NCBI GenBank assembly: GCA_907165135.1
Contig: OU015568.1
Location: 5,332,001-5,396,000 of the forward strand
DNA from: Oikopleura dioica
Lineage: Eukaryota > Animalia > Chordata
Direction of reading: 5' to 3'
Length of the DNA stretch: 64,000 nt
The notes under the pieces were generated by a model. The model did no database searches and had not been told where the DNA came from. It saw only the letters and a program-made list of their open reading frames with translations. This document shows positions 26,839 to 38,830 of this stretch, one piece after another; the stretch's first letter is position 1, and every line of letters begins with the position of its first letter. Both the position numbers and the translations under genes were made by a program.

Positions 26839-27549
26839 GTTCTTTTTTTTTCTTTTTAGGGCGCTTTTCTCTTGTATTGTTTTTCAAAATGACACAGTTT
26901 TTTATTGGCCAAATGACTCAGGCTTTAATTTTTGAAAACAAATTCACGATACGCTCTAGAATTCTAAACCAGAGTTTAATTTCAAGTTGCTATTTTGAAA
27001 GGTGCAGATTTCATTATTCATTTCATCGATTCTATTTTTAGCTGATTTCAATGTGAACCGTTTGTTTTGAGTTGATCTAACCCAGATAGACCAGCTCATT
27101 GAAAAAATTCAAGCGCCTTGATGAAACTCATAATACCACTCAACAATTCATTCACACCTTATCACTCTTTTCTCCTGTTGTTCAAATTCCACCCGCAAAG
27201 GATGATAAGCAAAGCTAAAGGAAAAACTAACTTGTTTTCTCTCTTCCGAAATTTCGGATTATCAAAATTCCTAATTATGAAAAAAAGGAAGCAAAAGCTG
27301 ATTTATCAATTGTTCTGGAGAAAATCAGTAATCGAAGATGCAAGGCTGATGCGATAAAGAATGAGGATGCGATTACTTTCATTTTTAAATAAAGAGGTTT
27401 AAAAATATTGAAAATTAGACGCAAGAAAAATTGATGATACGGATCGATTATGCAAAATCTAATTGAAAAAACTCCGTTCCAAGAAAAGAAGCCTCTCCAT
27501 AAAACAGCACTCCATTTAAACCCTAGCCAGCCGAAAAAACAATTTATTT

Positions 27550-29040
27550 TTAAACACAATAATCAGGAGACACTTCAAAAACAACAGGAATCCAATTCTC
27601 AACAGTATTACCGATTACTTCTTGATTGACAACCTCGTCTCCTTCCAAGTCGAGCCGTTGAATGGCATATGGACGGTTATCGCCAGAGACAATGAAAATT
27701 GAATTGCTCATCATTATTGCCGACCCAAATTTATCAGCCTGAATTGAAATAAAATATCGATTTTGCTATTTGAGACTTACGTAATGAAGATTGCCGATTT
27801 TATTCCAGTTGTTGTTTTTAAGAAGCCAAATCGCTGTAAGCGTCAACCACATATCATTATCTACTTCTTCTTCTCAGAAGTATACAATAAGCCTAGGTAT
27901 CTGACAAACGGATCTTTTCAGTGGGGACACCTGGGTCGAATACCAAGGGTTTTCGAACTGATTTTTTGATATTAATTAAATTGATACGCTTTTGCGCTGA
28001 TTTTGGATGGAGGGATCGATTCTGAAACGTTCTAATACCCAGAATAATTGCATACTTCCTTGTCCTCCAGCAAGCAAAAGACATCCGCTAGGTAGGCCAA
28101 CCAAAACATGATAAGAAATTGAACTTGAAAATTTTAGAAAAATTTAATTTTTTTTAAATACATCGGGAAATCGGTTAAAGACGACCAACCATAGGAGTTG
28201 AGAGTCTCCACTTTATACGCACCATCGCCCCGGTAACACCCAACAGTTGTTGGCTTTTCTTTGTAAAGACCAAGCTTGCCTCCGTCATGTGAATATTCCG
28301 GGTCATATGTCGTTTTTCTATTTTCTCCGTCGAAGACCTCGCACGGAAAGCAAATTAATGCTTTTTCGCCATTGTCAATCGTCAGTGCTGCAGACGGATA
28401 CGCGACTCCGTATTTCAATGTTGTTGACTGTTCTATCCACTCGCATCCGACCAGTTTTACAATCTTACTTTGATTTTTCAAAATCGAAACTAAATCATTA
28501 CTTTTTGAGAATTTGTGTATCCACCAAAGATAAAGAGCTCGTTCTTGACAAGAGCATGAAGAGCTAGTCGAAGAATGTCGTCAGAAGAAGCTGTGATTGT
28601 TGCTGCCGTCTTTGTTGAGCCATCGGATGAAATTGAGAATGCTTCGCTCAATTTTCTTCCCATTATCAAAATATGCTTGGAGAAAAATATTGAATTTCAC
28701 GGCAAAAAATGTGCAAAAAGTATAATTTGAAAAAAATAAAAATTTCTCAATCTGTTTTTCTTAAAAAATATTGTCAACATGTAATTCAGAGTTAAAGAAT
28801 TAACAGCTCTGCTACCGATCTTGGTTGACATTCTCTTGTTTTGCAACTTCTTCTACAGCTTTCCAACTGAGCTCTATTTTTCGCCATCACCGTAGACCGA
28901 TCCTTTGTCTGGTAGACAAATGTAATCGTGCATTGTCGCCAGCACTCTCTGTCAATTCCGGAAGGAGAACAGCGCTCTTCAAAATGCTCCGACTTGAGTG
29001 CCAACATCAACGGTACAAAATGCAGAAAAATGGTTCTCAT
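27550..29040 (-). CDS. Secreted protein with kelch-like beta-propeller repeats (multi-exon)
   Basis: Signal MRTIFLHFVPLMLAL, Cys-rich N-terminal exon, then ELFIFGGY, KALICFPCEVFDG, LGLYKEKPTTVGC, KVETLNSYGWSSL; last exon SIFIVSG...PVVFEVSPDYCV*. Confidence 0.7.
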
Positions 29041-29563
29041 ACTTGATTTTTTCTCAAAAATTTATTTTTTTGTTGTTAAGCGATAACTAACTGCGGTTGT
29101 TATTGATTCTATGGAAAAAAATGATTCATAAACCTTCCTCAAATAGTCCAAAGTGCAGTTTAAACAGAACTTAGCGCTTTTTCTCATTTTCTACTCAGAT
29201 GTCTACGTTTGCCATAAATTCTCTTCCATCAATGATGAATTTTCTAGAAAAACCTTGTCCAGATAATTTGATCTTCTTGTGAATAAAAGGGATGAAGAGC
29301 CTAAAATCTACAAGATATGACGTTTTGACCGCTTTGATTTTTATCTTACTCTACTAGATTACAAAAGTATCCACTGAAAATCTCTAGGTAAAAAGAAGGG
29401 TTATTAAATTAAGTCATTAATCACGTCATGGCGTCATGCTTCAGAGAATTGAAATTAAATTGTAAAATTCGAAAACATGAAATCTGAGTAATCAAATATT
29501 ATCTTGGAGAGAGTTCGTTTGTTTACCTTGGCTTGCAATTTTTTTCGGCATTTAGTGAAAAAA

Positions 29564-32500
29564 ATGGCATGCGGATCTGAATTGAAATTTTTTATTTGGA
29601 TCCTAGGTAAGATAATTATTATGCTAGTTTGAGAGGTTAAGCAAGAACGCCTTAAAGAAGATTTATTTTTTTGCTCAGAGTCTTTAACCTTAGCCGGCCA
29701 GGGTGCACCATCTATGGAACAGGGGTCAAAAATTAGGTCTCCCACCGAAGTGATTTTGAGTTTCGAAAAACGGAAGAAACTGTAGGGCAATTTATCGATA
29801 AGCTGCCCTTACTTTACCTTTCGACTACCCTTGGTTAGGGTTAGGGTTCGAAAAAAGGCTTATTTTGAAAATAACTGCATGCACCATGTATGGTGCATTG
29901 CTACAATGGCGCCGACACCACTGATGGTGCTTTTGTCCGGTAGGCAGTATTTTCGCCGAAAAATTCGCCGAATAGTCTGCCTCTTTGAATTGGAAGACTT
30001 TATCTGATGCTGAAACCCAAACCTTAATCCGCACCCAAACCCAAGAGCAAACTACAACCCAAACCCGAACACTAACGAAGAACCCAAAAACAAACCAAAA
30101 GACGTACGTAATAGACTTTGAGTTGAATTTTTCAACAATATAAGCATGTGATGCACCACTCATGGTGCATTTGGCCGGTAGGGTCAGAAATGACATTTTG
30201 GCCGGCTAAGGTTAAAAATGAGCAAATATCAAATAAAATGAAATCAACTGAATCCTTATGGTTTTCCCTTACAGGTTATTTTTTCATCTCCGGCTGCGAA
30301 TATGCATTAATTTTACCAACAATCAACTCCTATCTCGTCTTTCTCGGCGCCCCAAGCTACTTTCTTGGTCTTGTTTTTGGAGCATTTTTCTTTTCCGGTC
30401 TCACTTTTGCGCCAATATTTGGAGCAATTACAGATAGATTACAGAATTCGAAGTGGCCAGCTGTCTTTGGAATTCTTTGTGCTATTGGAGGGAATATTGT
30501 TTATATTTCAGCGAAAAATGCGGTAAGCGGAATTTTGATCATTCCGATGAATAAATATTTTTGACTTAGAAATGGCTTATTCTGGCCCGATTCATCTCCG
30601 GCGCTGGTTTTTCCCTCGACGGCTCATTCATGGGCGCTCTTAGTCGACTTTACCCGCCATCAAAAAAAGCAAAAATCTTCGCCCTCTGCCTTCTTCTTCG
30701 TCAAACTGGAGTCACTTTCGCGCCTGGGCTCATCGTTTTCCTGCAAAAAATCAGCTTTCGTTTTCTCTGGACGGATGTCAATCGCTACTCAGCGTCTGGT
30801 TTTATTATGGCGTGTTCGTGGAGCTTGTTTTTTATGATGTTTTTGATCTTTTTCGATGAACCAAAAGCTGAAGAAAATAGTGAAGAAAGTCTTGAACTTG
30901 AAAATAAAGGTAAAAGTCGCGAGAAAAAGATTAAGGACCCCCCGTCAGCTTTTTCTTTCAAAAAATACAAATTTTTAAAAACGCCATATTTAGGGATTCT
31001 ATCGGGAAAACGGCGCGCGGCGCGGCCCTTCGCACCCAAAATTGTCCGATGCTATTTTGTTATTTTCGACATAATTTCAGTCAAAAACATCATAAAATAA
31101 CTAAAAATATGACTCTCATTCATAATTTACTCTCAAAAGTATTTTTTCGCCGTTTAACGATAGAAATCATCAAAACTCGTAGAAAAGTACTTTTTTATGT
31201 GCTCAAATAAGCTTCAAAACTCCTGATTTTTCGATATGTCAAAATATTGACCTTTTGCCAGAATCTGTAAAAATTTTAAGACTATGCAATAAGAACAGCC
31301 TTCAGAAATTGCTTGTAACTGAGTGAAGGTGGCGCCGCAGTAGTGCATTACGAGGGGCGCGGAGCCAAGAAATGAGTTTCTCTTACTTTTCTTCAAAATC
31401 CTTAGAAGATTTCGAGAAAAAGTGAAATTGGATTACTCTCTTTTTTTTCCCAGAAAGCCGAAAATGCAGACATTCCATCACAAATCCGAGAGACTTTTTC
31501 GAAAGGGAGAAACAAGGTTCGACGAGGAGAATCCTACAGTCGGTCTTGAATGTCTGGCAGAAGAAGGCCTGGATTCAGACGAAGAGCTCCCGATGTTGCT
31601 TAATGATTGCGCAGTTCAGACATCGCCAGGCAAGTGAATTAATTAAATAGTCGAGCAAGATAAAAAAGGCACCTGAATAAGGTGCCTCTTGTTTTTTTTT
31701 ATAAAAGAAATTTTTGGGTATCCCAAAAAATCTAACAAAGCTTTTAGTGAAGGGAATGTTGCCAGATCAGATTCTTGAGAATCCTCAAACGATTCCAACT
31801 CTAGATTCGTCTGAAATGATGGCTGAAACAATTCTGAATTTCACAGGTAAGAATAAAGAAAATTAAAAAGAATCAAGACAATTATATTTTTGGGGCTCCC
31901 AAATTGGGTACCCCAATAATATCGGATCATTTTATAGTTTTTTTTTGGGGTCCCCAAATTGGGTACCCCAATAATATCGAATCATTTAAAAGTTTTTTGG
32001 GGTCCCCAAATTGGGGACCCCAATAATACCGGATTATTTTTACTGAATTTTTCTTTAGAAACGCCTTCACAAGAAAATGTCGCCTCATGCTCAGCTGTTG
32101 GAAAGAAAAGAAAGCGACAAACGATCGACTACAGCGAAGAAATTGATGATGACGACTTTAGAAAAGACAGAGACTACTATTTGGTGAAATCAAAATCAAC
32201 ACCGGTCTCTGGAAGAGGAAAAACAACCCGAGACTTCCACCAACGACTCGTTTCAATCATTTGATCGAGCTTGCATCGCAGTCCGTTCCTTCGGTTCATT
32301 TCAACAGCACGAACAAATTCAAAGAGCACAGAATCTTTTCGAAACCAGTTGAAGGCGAAACTCGACGACCTGTCGCCAAATCAACCCTCTACAAATTGCG
32401 TCCAAACCTTCTCCTAGCAACTTTCGTGCAGCTTGAAGAATTTGTTAAGAACGCCGAGCGCCTGACACTCGCTACTGACGGGGTAAGTTATTCTTTGAAT

Positions 32501-35500
32501 TTTTGGGTACCCCAATTATGGGGAGCCCAATAATTTTTTTTTAATTGTAATATTTGGGTACCCCAATAAATACTTTTTTCAGACAACCTCAAAATCAAAT
32601 CGTCAATGCATGAACGTCGTATTCATCAACGAAGAAAGGGAAAAGCTGCTGTTCATGATCGTTGAGCTTTTCGGTGGAACAGCTGAAGAAATCTTCACAG
32701 CCGTCACTCTTTCTATCGACACACTGTCATTTTCTGATGAGATCTGGAAGAAAACCGACTCAATTCTCACAGACACCTGCCGTGCGCAAGAAGCTGCAAA
32801 CATGCAGATAATTGAATTCATCGACAAGAAGAGGAACTCCGAGATTCCAGTGCAGTGGATCTGGTGTGCTCTGCATACGGCTGGGAACATCGATCGATAC
32901 GGCCGGCAAGGACTTTCTGCTTTAGCGAATGATATTTTCACTTGCTTGAAAATTCTTTTTGGCTCAAGCAAAATCAGCGGCCATCATCGCGAAGATCTCA
33001 AGAATGAGTAAGTTTTCATTTTTGGGTAGCCCAATTGGGTACCCCAATCAATTTTTCAAAACCTTTTTTGGGTACCCCAATTAATTCTTTTTCAGGCTCG
33101 ACGAAGTGCGTGTAGAACTTGGCGACAAATCTACAAAGAAAGCCTACTGCACCGACATGGGTTCACGAATCGGCTCTTCCAAGAAGAATGCCGAGGGCCT
33201 TATGCTTTACTGGGAGGCAACTGTCAAGACCATCAGCAAATACTCCGACCGCAAACGAGCAAAGGAACTTCTCCCACTCCTCCAAGATAAACAACTAGCT
33301 ATTCTGAGCACATCTCTGACACCTCTGATTTGGGCTTCGTACTCAGGTCTTATTCTCAGGGCATCAGAGAATGAAGAAAGCACGATCGAAGATGTCTGCA
33401 TTCAAATGAAATCCTGCCTCGATTCTTTGGAGAAAATTCTCGAATCCAAACAGCCTTACGACGATCTTTTTGATGGAGTTCTGGAAAATTACGAAGACTC
33501 AGAATATTTCCTGTAAGTTTTTTTTATTAAACAATTTTGGGTATCCCATTATTTGAAAGATCAATTTTTTGGGTACCCCAATTAATCAATTTATAAAAAA
33601 ATAATATTTGGGTACCCCAATTAATCAATTTATAAAAAAAACTTATTTTTGGGTATCCCAATTAATCAATTATAAAAAAAAATAAATTTTGGGTATCCCA
33701 ATTTTTTATAAAAAAAATTTTTGGGTACCCCAATTTATCAGTTTGTAAAGATTCAATTTTATCTTTAGGAAACTTCGAGAATTCAAAGAGATGCCAAGGG
33801 ATGCTAAACTTCGGGACGACCTGAATGAGACGATTCGACAGTGCCTTACAGAAGCAAAGAAAAAGTTGCAGAAAGATTACAACCAGATGAAATCACTTCG
33901 ACTTTCTGGCAAATATGAGACGTCTAATCGCTTTTGCGAGAGTGTCTTTGCCACCCTGAAGTACAAGGAACAAACGAGCACTGGTTCCGCGCTCGCAAAC
34001 ATTGCCGACCAAACTGTTGTTCAAGTTAACAAGCTGGGCAACTACCTGAGGAGAATGAAAAAGAAACAGCGGGACGAGCTTTTGGATAGAATCGACAACT
34101 CGAACGAAGTCAAAACTACTCTGGAGGTTCGAAAGACGCTGAAAGAACGATTTCGCAAGAAAAGGGAGGAAATTCTAAAGAAAAGGGACGAAACAAAGAA
34201 GATCAAAATTGAACGTCAGAAAATCAAAGAAGAAAAAAGAGCAAAAAAGCCAAAAATCGAGGTTTCAAAAACTCCAGTTCGCTCGACTCGTCTTTCGAAA
34301 AGAAGGCTTGATTAAATGTTCATTACAGCTTTCCATTATTCACTGCCAAAAACTGGTCAAACAGATAAAATGAATAATAAATTATTAATCTCCATGTTAA
34401 ATTACCCACAGATATGAAATTTCTGAGAAAAGCATTGATTTTTATGATTTACTCCAAGCGCACCTAAGGCGCGCGCGCCTCCACGCCAACACCACCAAGC
34501 GCCGCTCCAATCATTTTTTAATTGGCGAATTCGCAATGAGCGCCAAAAACTGGTCTAAAACCCAAAATTTCAAGGAAAAATATTAAACTTTGATTATCCG
34601 ATAGAATCCCTAGCCATATTTTAGGTTCTAAATGCGTCCGCAGGTTAAATTTGCTTCAAAAACTTGATAAGAGGAATTTTTGACCAAGAAAAATCTAAAT
34701 TTTTGCCAAAATTAGGGCAAATTCGTCAATTTTCGGCGAAAAGTCAAATTTTCAAAGAGGATTTTAAGGGTGTTAGAGCCGAGATAGACCCCCAAAAATG
34801 ACGCTTTTTGACTCGTAGAATCCAAATTCCGAAATTTGATTATACGAAAATAGCTGACAGGGGGTCCTTAAACAAATAACTAAAGAAATTCAGACCATCT
34901 CGAACTAAAAGAAGAAAAAGCCTCAGAATACGAAAATGAAAAGGGCGAAAAGTACGAGCTTCGAAGAATTAAAGAAGACGACTCAATTCTCAAGGAACCA
35001 ATCATCATCGGAATTTTCTCGTGCTTCTGCGCCTTTTCAGCAAATGTGAGTCCTCCATGATTTCATCTTGCTACCCCTTTCAGTCCGGGATGGAATCTTC
35101 AATAACTCTGCTAACAAAATGGCTACTTGGATGGGATCAGGTCGAAAATGCGATTATTTTCGTTACCGCCGGGTTCGGTGCAATTTTGAGCTATGGAATC
35201 GTAACAATTATTTCAACGAAGAATATTTTGGATGATAGGCAAATTTTGCTCGGTTCCTGTTCACTATGTTTTTTTAATTTATGTCTGATTGGCTCTATCA
35301 CATGGTTAGAAAAAAGGACAAAAAAGGGATGAAACTATTTTCTAGCATTTTTGAATTCGGCGCGCCTTGGCTTCTCCCGGCGATAGTCAGGGCTCGGCAA
35401 CCTGAGTAGAAAACCTGAGTCAGGGTTTGAAAGAGCTAAATTTTCATTTTAGCTCTGACTCAGGTTTTCTACTCAGGTTGTCGAGCCCATGCGATAGTGA

Positions 35501-35845
35501 CAGCAACTTTTCTTCTTGTTATCAGTCTACCGCCTATGCTGACTTCGGCGGCGGTTATCATCGCGAAAAACACTCCAAAAGAAGATCAAGCGTTTGTGCT
35601 CAGTTTGCGAACAACTGCTGAAAGAAGCTCGCAGGTAGACAGAAGGGGATTTTCGATGGAATAGAATTTTAGATGATTTTTCGGCTTGGTACACAAGTAT
35701 GGCTTGGACGACGACAAATTTTCATTTTGGTTTTCCGATGGTTGTCGGGACGATGATTTGTTTAGGAAACTGCTCGAAAATGACATCGAGGCTTTTCGAT
35801 ATACGGATTTTGAAGAGCATATTTAAGTATTCAACATCGCTATGA
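29564..35845 (+). CDS. MFS transporter, MFSD8-like; carries a 3.9-kb transposon in intron 3, a MITE inside a late exon and a 1-nt frameshift near the 3' end (possibly disrupted)
   Basis: MACGSELKFFIWIL|GYFFISGCEYALILPTI...GAITDR...|ARFISGAG...RQTGVTFAPG...|...|SGMESSITLLTK...|IFEFGAPWLLPAI[MITE]VTATFLLVISLPP...; multiple TM helices and the MFS GxxxDR motif. Confidence 0.8.
29688..30211. mobile_element. piggyBac-like MITE (TTAA TSD, CC-start TIR) in MFS intron 1
   Basis: TTAA|CCTTAGCCGGCCA...TGGCCGGCTAAGG|TTAA; contains TTAGGGTTAGGG and AACCC-rich tracts. Confidence 0.8.
31464..34315 (+). CDS. Spliced DDE transposase (6 exons; one frameshift at the 32260-32262 T-run)
   Basis: Exons ~31454-31631 (GC donor), 31747-31846, 32059-32483, 32583-33007, 33096-33512 and 33769-34315 join in frame; motifs LATDG, ILTD, WCALH (CxxH), SNRFCESVF; basic C-terminal tail. 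The start codon is uncertain. Confidence 0.8.
31691..33735. repeat. About 19 copies of the quasi-palindrome TTTTGGGTACCCCAATT, confined to transposase introns
   Basis: Counted by eye: 1, 6, 3, 3 and 6 copies in the five introns; none seen in exons or elsewhere in the window. Confidence 0.85.
35388..35490. mobile_element. 103-bp hAT-type MITE (family B) inside an MFS coding exon, 8-bp TSD GCGATAGT
   Basis: CAGGGCTCGGCAACC...GGTTGTCGAGCCCAT; TSD at 35380-35387 and 35491-35498; removal restores WLLPAIVTATFLL. Confidence 0.92.
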
Positions 35846-36182
35846 TTCTTGCAAGCTGGAAGTATATGAAGGCAGAACTGATACAGCCGTATTCGAGAGA
35901 AAAGCTTTTATCCGAAAGATAAATTTTAGCTTGACAAAATATCACTGCGAAATATTCAAATATTTATTTTACGGAAATAAAATCAACAAGTTTTCTTCTC
36001 CTAAAAATGAACATACTGCCATTTGGTCTTCAATTTGGTTTTTTTTTGAGAATCTATCATCTGGGTCCGTTGAAAAGCTGCTTTTAGACCCTGACTCAGG
36101 TTTCGTCTGACCTTTTTCGACTTTATTCGACCGTGTCTTTTGATTAATTACTAATAAAGAAACAGGTTATTTGAGTGGGACT

Positions 36183-36292
36183 GACCTCGGAAACTTCTGT
36201 GGAAAACCTGAGTCAGGGTCCTCAAGAGGCTTTTCATAAAAATCTTTCAGACCCTGACTCAGGTTTTCCACAGAGGTTTTCGAGTCAAGTTC
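36183..36292. mobile_element. MITE family B copy
   Basis: CTCGGAAACTTCTGTGGAAAACCTGAGTCAGGGTC...GACCCTGACTCAGGTTTTCCACAGAGGTTTTCGAG. Confidence 0.75.
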
Positions 36293-37217
36293 CACTCAAA
36301 TGACCTGTTTCTTTATTACCAATAAACTATTAGTAATAAATAAAAAGACACGGTCAAATAAAGTCGAATAAGGTCAGACCGAGGATTTTCTTTTTCTTTT
36401 TATTTTTGTTATCATCGTAAAAGATCGTTTTATTCATTTTCAACCGCGAGTTGCTGCGATCAACAAAGAGCAAATTTGAACGGTTCAAATCTGAATGCAA
36501 ATAGTGTAGCTCTGCAATTTTGAAATTGAACTGAGCTCGAGTTTGTGAGGAGCAAATAAACTCGACTCAACCAAAAAACCGCTTGAACTTTGAGCGCTTG
36601 ACATTGACGTACATCGGAAGAATGAAAAATTTGCAAATATTGAAACAGAAACTTCTCAGTTCAGTCGAAAAAGAAGATATTTTTAGTGTTACCTCGAAAG
36701 ACTTTAATTCCCATGTCTTCTCTATCTTAAAAAAATTAACCAAACATTAATCGGAAAATCGCTTCCTGTTGCGTTTTCCTCAACAAATACCAATAAATAT
36801 AAATATAGCCATGATCTGAAGAAGAAACTACTGAACTTTTTTTAACAAAAGACACCTTATTTCTTTCTTTCCAAAATAATCAGCGGGAATTCATCCCCAA
36901 CCGAGCTCTTTTCCGACAAAAAACCGATCAATCATACCAAGAACGATCCAAAATCCCCGTTTCACACCATTGCTTCTTTACTCAACCCACTTTTTTTTTG
37001 CTCCTGAAACGACCGCGTTTTTTGCAGAGAGAAGCGAATTTATTTCGAGCGAGGCGGGTTCAGAGTAAGCAGGTCAGGTAAATTTGAACGGTTATATAAT
37101 TCAAACAAGAACTCTCTTGACTTGAGAACCATTACACGAACTCTATCGCCACGAAAATACGATATAAGTCGCCTCCTACCGTCTTTTTCTCATTTAGAAA
37201 GAAAAAAAAATTGCAAA

Positions 37218-38216
37218 ATGAAGTTTTCAAAAATTCTCCTCGCATCATTTGCTGCTACTGGCTTTGCCCTAGAACAGGTAAAAAATTTTTTTTATTTAAA
37301 AAAAATCCCCTCAAAAATTTCGAGTCGAAAATAAAAAAAAATGTTTTTAGCAAGGGATTTTTTAAAGCAATTTTTGATCAAAAGCAGAATTATTAAAAAA
37401 ATATTTCATAATTTCGATATTTTATTTTATTGATGATTTTCTTCAAAACTGTTTTTTTAACGAAATAAACCAATAAAAAAATTAAATAAAAAAATTTCAC
37501 GCATCAAAATTGCACAAAAAGCAATTTGGGAAGTTTATGACCTCAAAGAATCAAAAAAATCCTCAAAAACTTGTTTTCAGCAAAAAAAGGGCGTCTTAGG
37601 GACACCGTGGGCATTGTCAGCCACACCTCATAAACGGGTTGAGTTCAGTTCCGTTTCTCACCTGAAAAGTTGACAAAAGTTGAAGTTATTTTTGATGAAA
37701 ACTCACAAAAATCGTAGATTTATTGTTAATTTTCAAGATCCGCGAGGCCATTGTCGGAAGATGGGAGCTGATCGACTCAGAAAACGTCGCCGAATACATC
37801 AACAATGAAAAAGGACCGATGATGTACACAGTCTTCGCGAAAAAGATGACCCCGGATTTGGAATACATCAAGCTCGAGGAGAACTCCTATCTCGCGAAAA
37901 TTCACTTGACGATGATGCCCAATCCAATGAAGATTCCAATGCGACTGGATGAAGAATACGAGCACAAGAATCCGACGAGCGAGTACGTCAAGTCCGTCCC
38001 AGAAGTTCGACAGGACGGAATGGAAATTATTCTCCAGACAAAAGGTGAAAACAAATCTCAAATTCCTTCCCAATTTGATTTTCAGGGGGTTCCGAAGGAC
38101 CCGTGGAACAAAGCCTCAAGATCGTAAACGACAACCTGATTCATCGAATGACGATGCTGGAAAAGGACATTACAGCTACGAGAATATACAAAAGAAAAAA
38201 CACCGAAACGCTGTGA
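37218..38216 (+). CDS. FABP/calycin-family lipid-binding protein with an N-terminal signal peptide (3 exons)
   Basis: Exon 1 MKFSKILLASFAATGFALEQ (37218-37277); exon 2 from 37738 GRWELIDSENVAEY; exon 3 LIHRMTMLEKDITATRIYKR, typical of the FABP C-terminus; canonical GT-AG introns. Confidence 0.8.
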
Positions 38217-38558
38217 AAAAAAAAACCTTTCTGTAAAACTTTTTTATCGATTTTGGAAAAAGAGTGTGCTATTTGTAATAATATACGTACAATTGAATTT
38301 ATGATTTGTTTTATTTGTGAAAGAAAAAGTGCAATCAAAGGGTGTAGCCTACAGAATTGTGAGCCCGGCTCACAATTTTGTGAATCCGATTCGCAATCTT
38401 TGTGAACCCGACTCAAATTCAGAATTTTTTTGATTCGGAATTTTGACGAGTTCAAAGAATTCATGACCGCGCTTGATTCAGGATCAAGCTTTGGTTTTTT
38501 GAGAAATTTTTGAAATAAATAAAGGATGATCAAAAAAGCTGAAAGAATTTTTTTTGAA

Positions 38559-38830
38559 CTATTCGGTAGCAGCATAGTTTCCTTGGTAATTGAAGTCAGT
38601 CGGGACGATTGCATCGGTGGCTGATTCGAATTTATTGTAGATTTTGTCCAGTTGTTCTTTTCGTCTTTCATTGGTTCTACCAGACTCGATCTCAGAAAAA
38701 GGAAGGAAGATGAAGAACAAGTTCCTGAGTTTATTGAGCATGTCTCGGGCTTTTTCGCGAGCAGCTTTGTATGCCAGATCGTAGTACTTTTCTTTCATCG
38801 GGACGCAAAGAGTGCAGATTTCATCCTCGC
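38559..38830 (-). CDS. 3' part of an uncharacterised helical protein
   Basis: Open, low-bias reading (EICTLCVPMKEKYYDLAYKAAREKARDMLNKL...QGNYAATE*); no recognisable domain; 5' exons not resolved. Confidence 0.35.

Larger units (their letters stand above)
30935..34867 (+). mobile_element. 3.9-kb TTAA-flanked DNA transposon (GG...CC termini; Kolobok-like, tentative)
   Basis: TTAA|GGACCCCCCGTCAGCT...AGCTGACAGGGGGTCC|TTAA; removing it plus one TTAA leaves a 47-nt GT-AG intron of the MFS gene; it encodes a spliced transposase. Confidence 0.9.
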
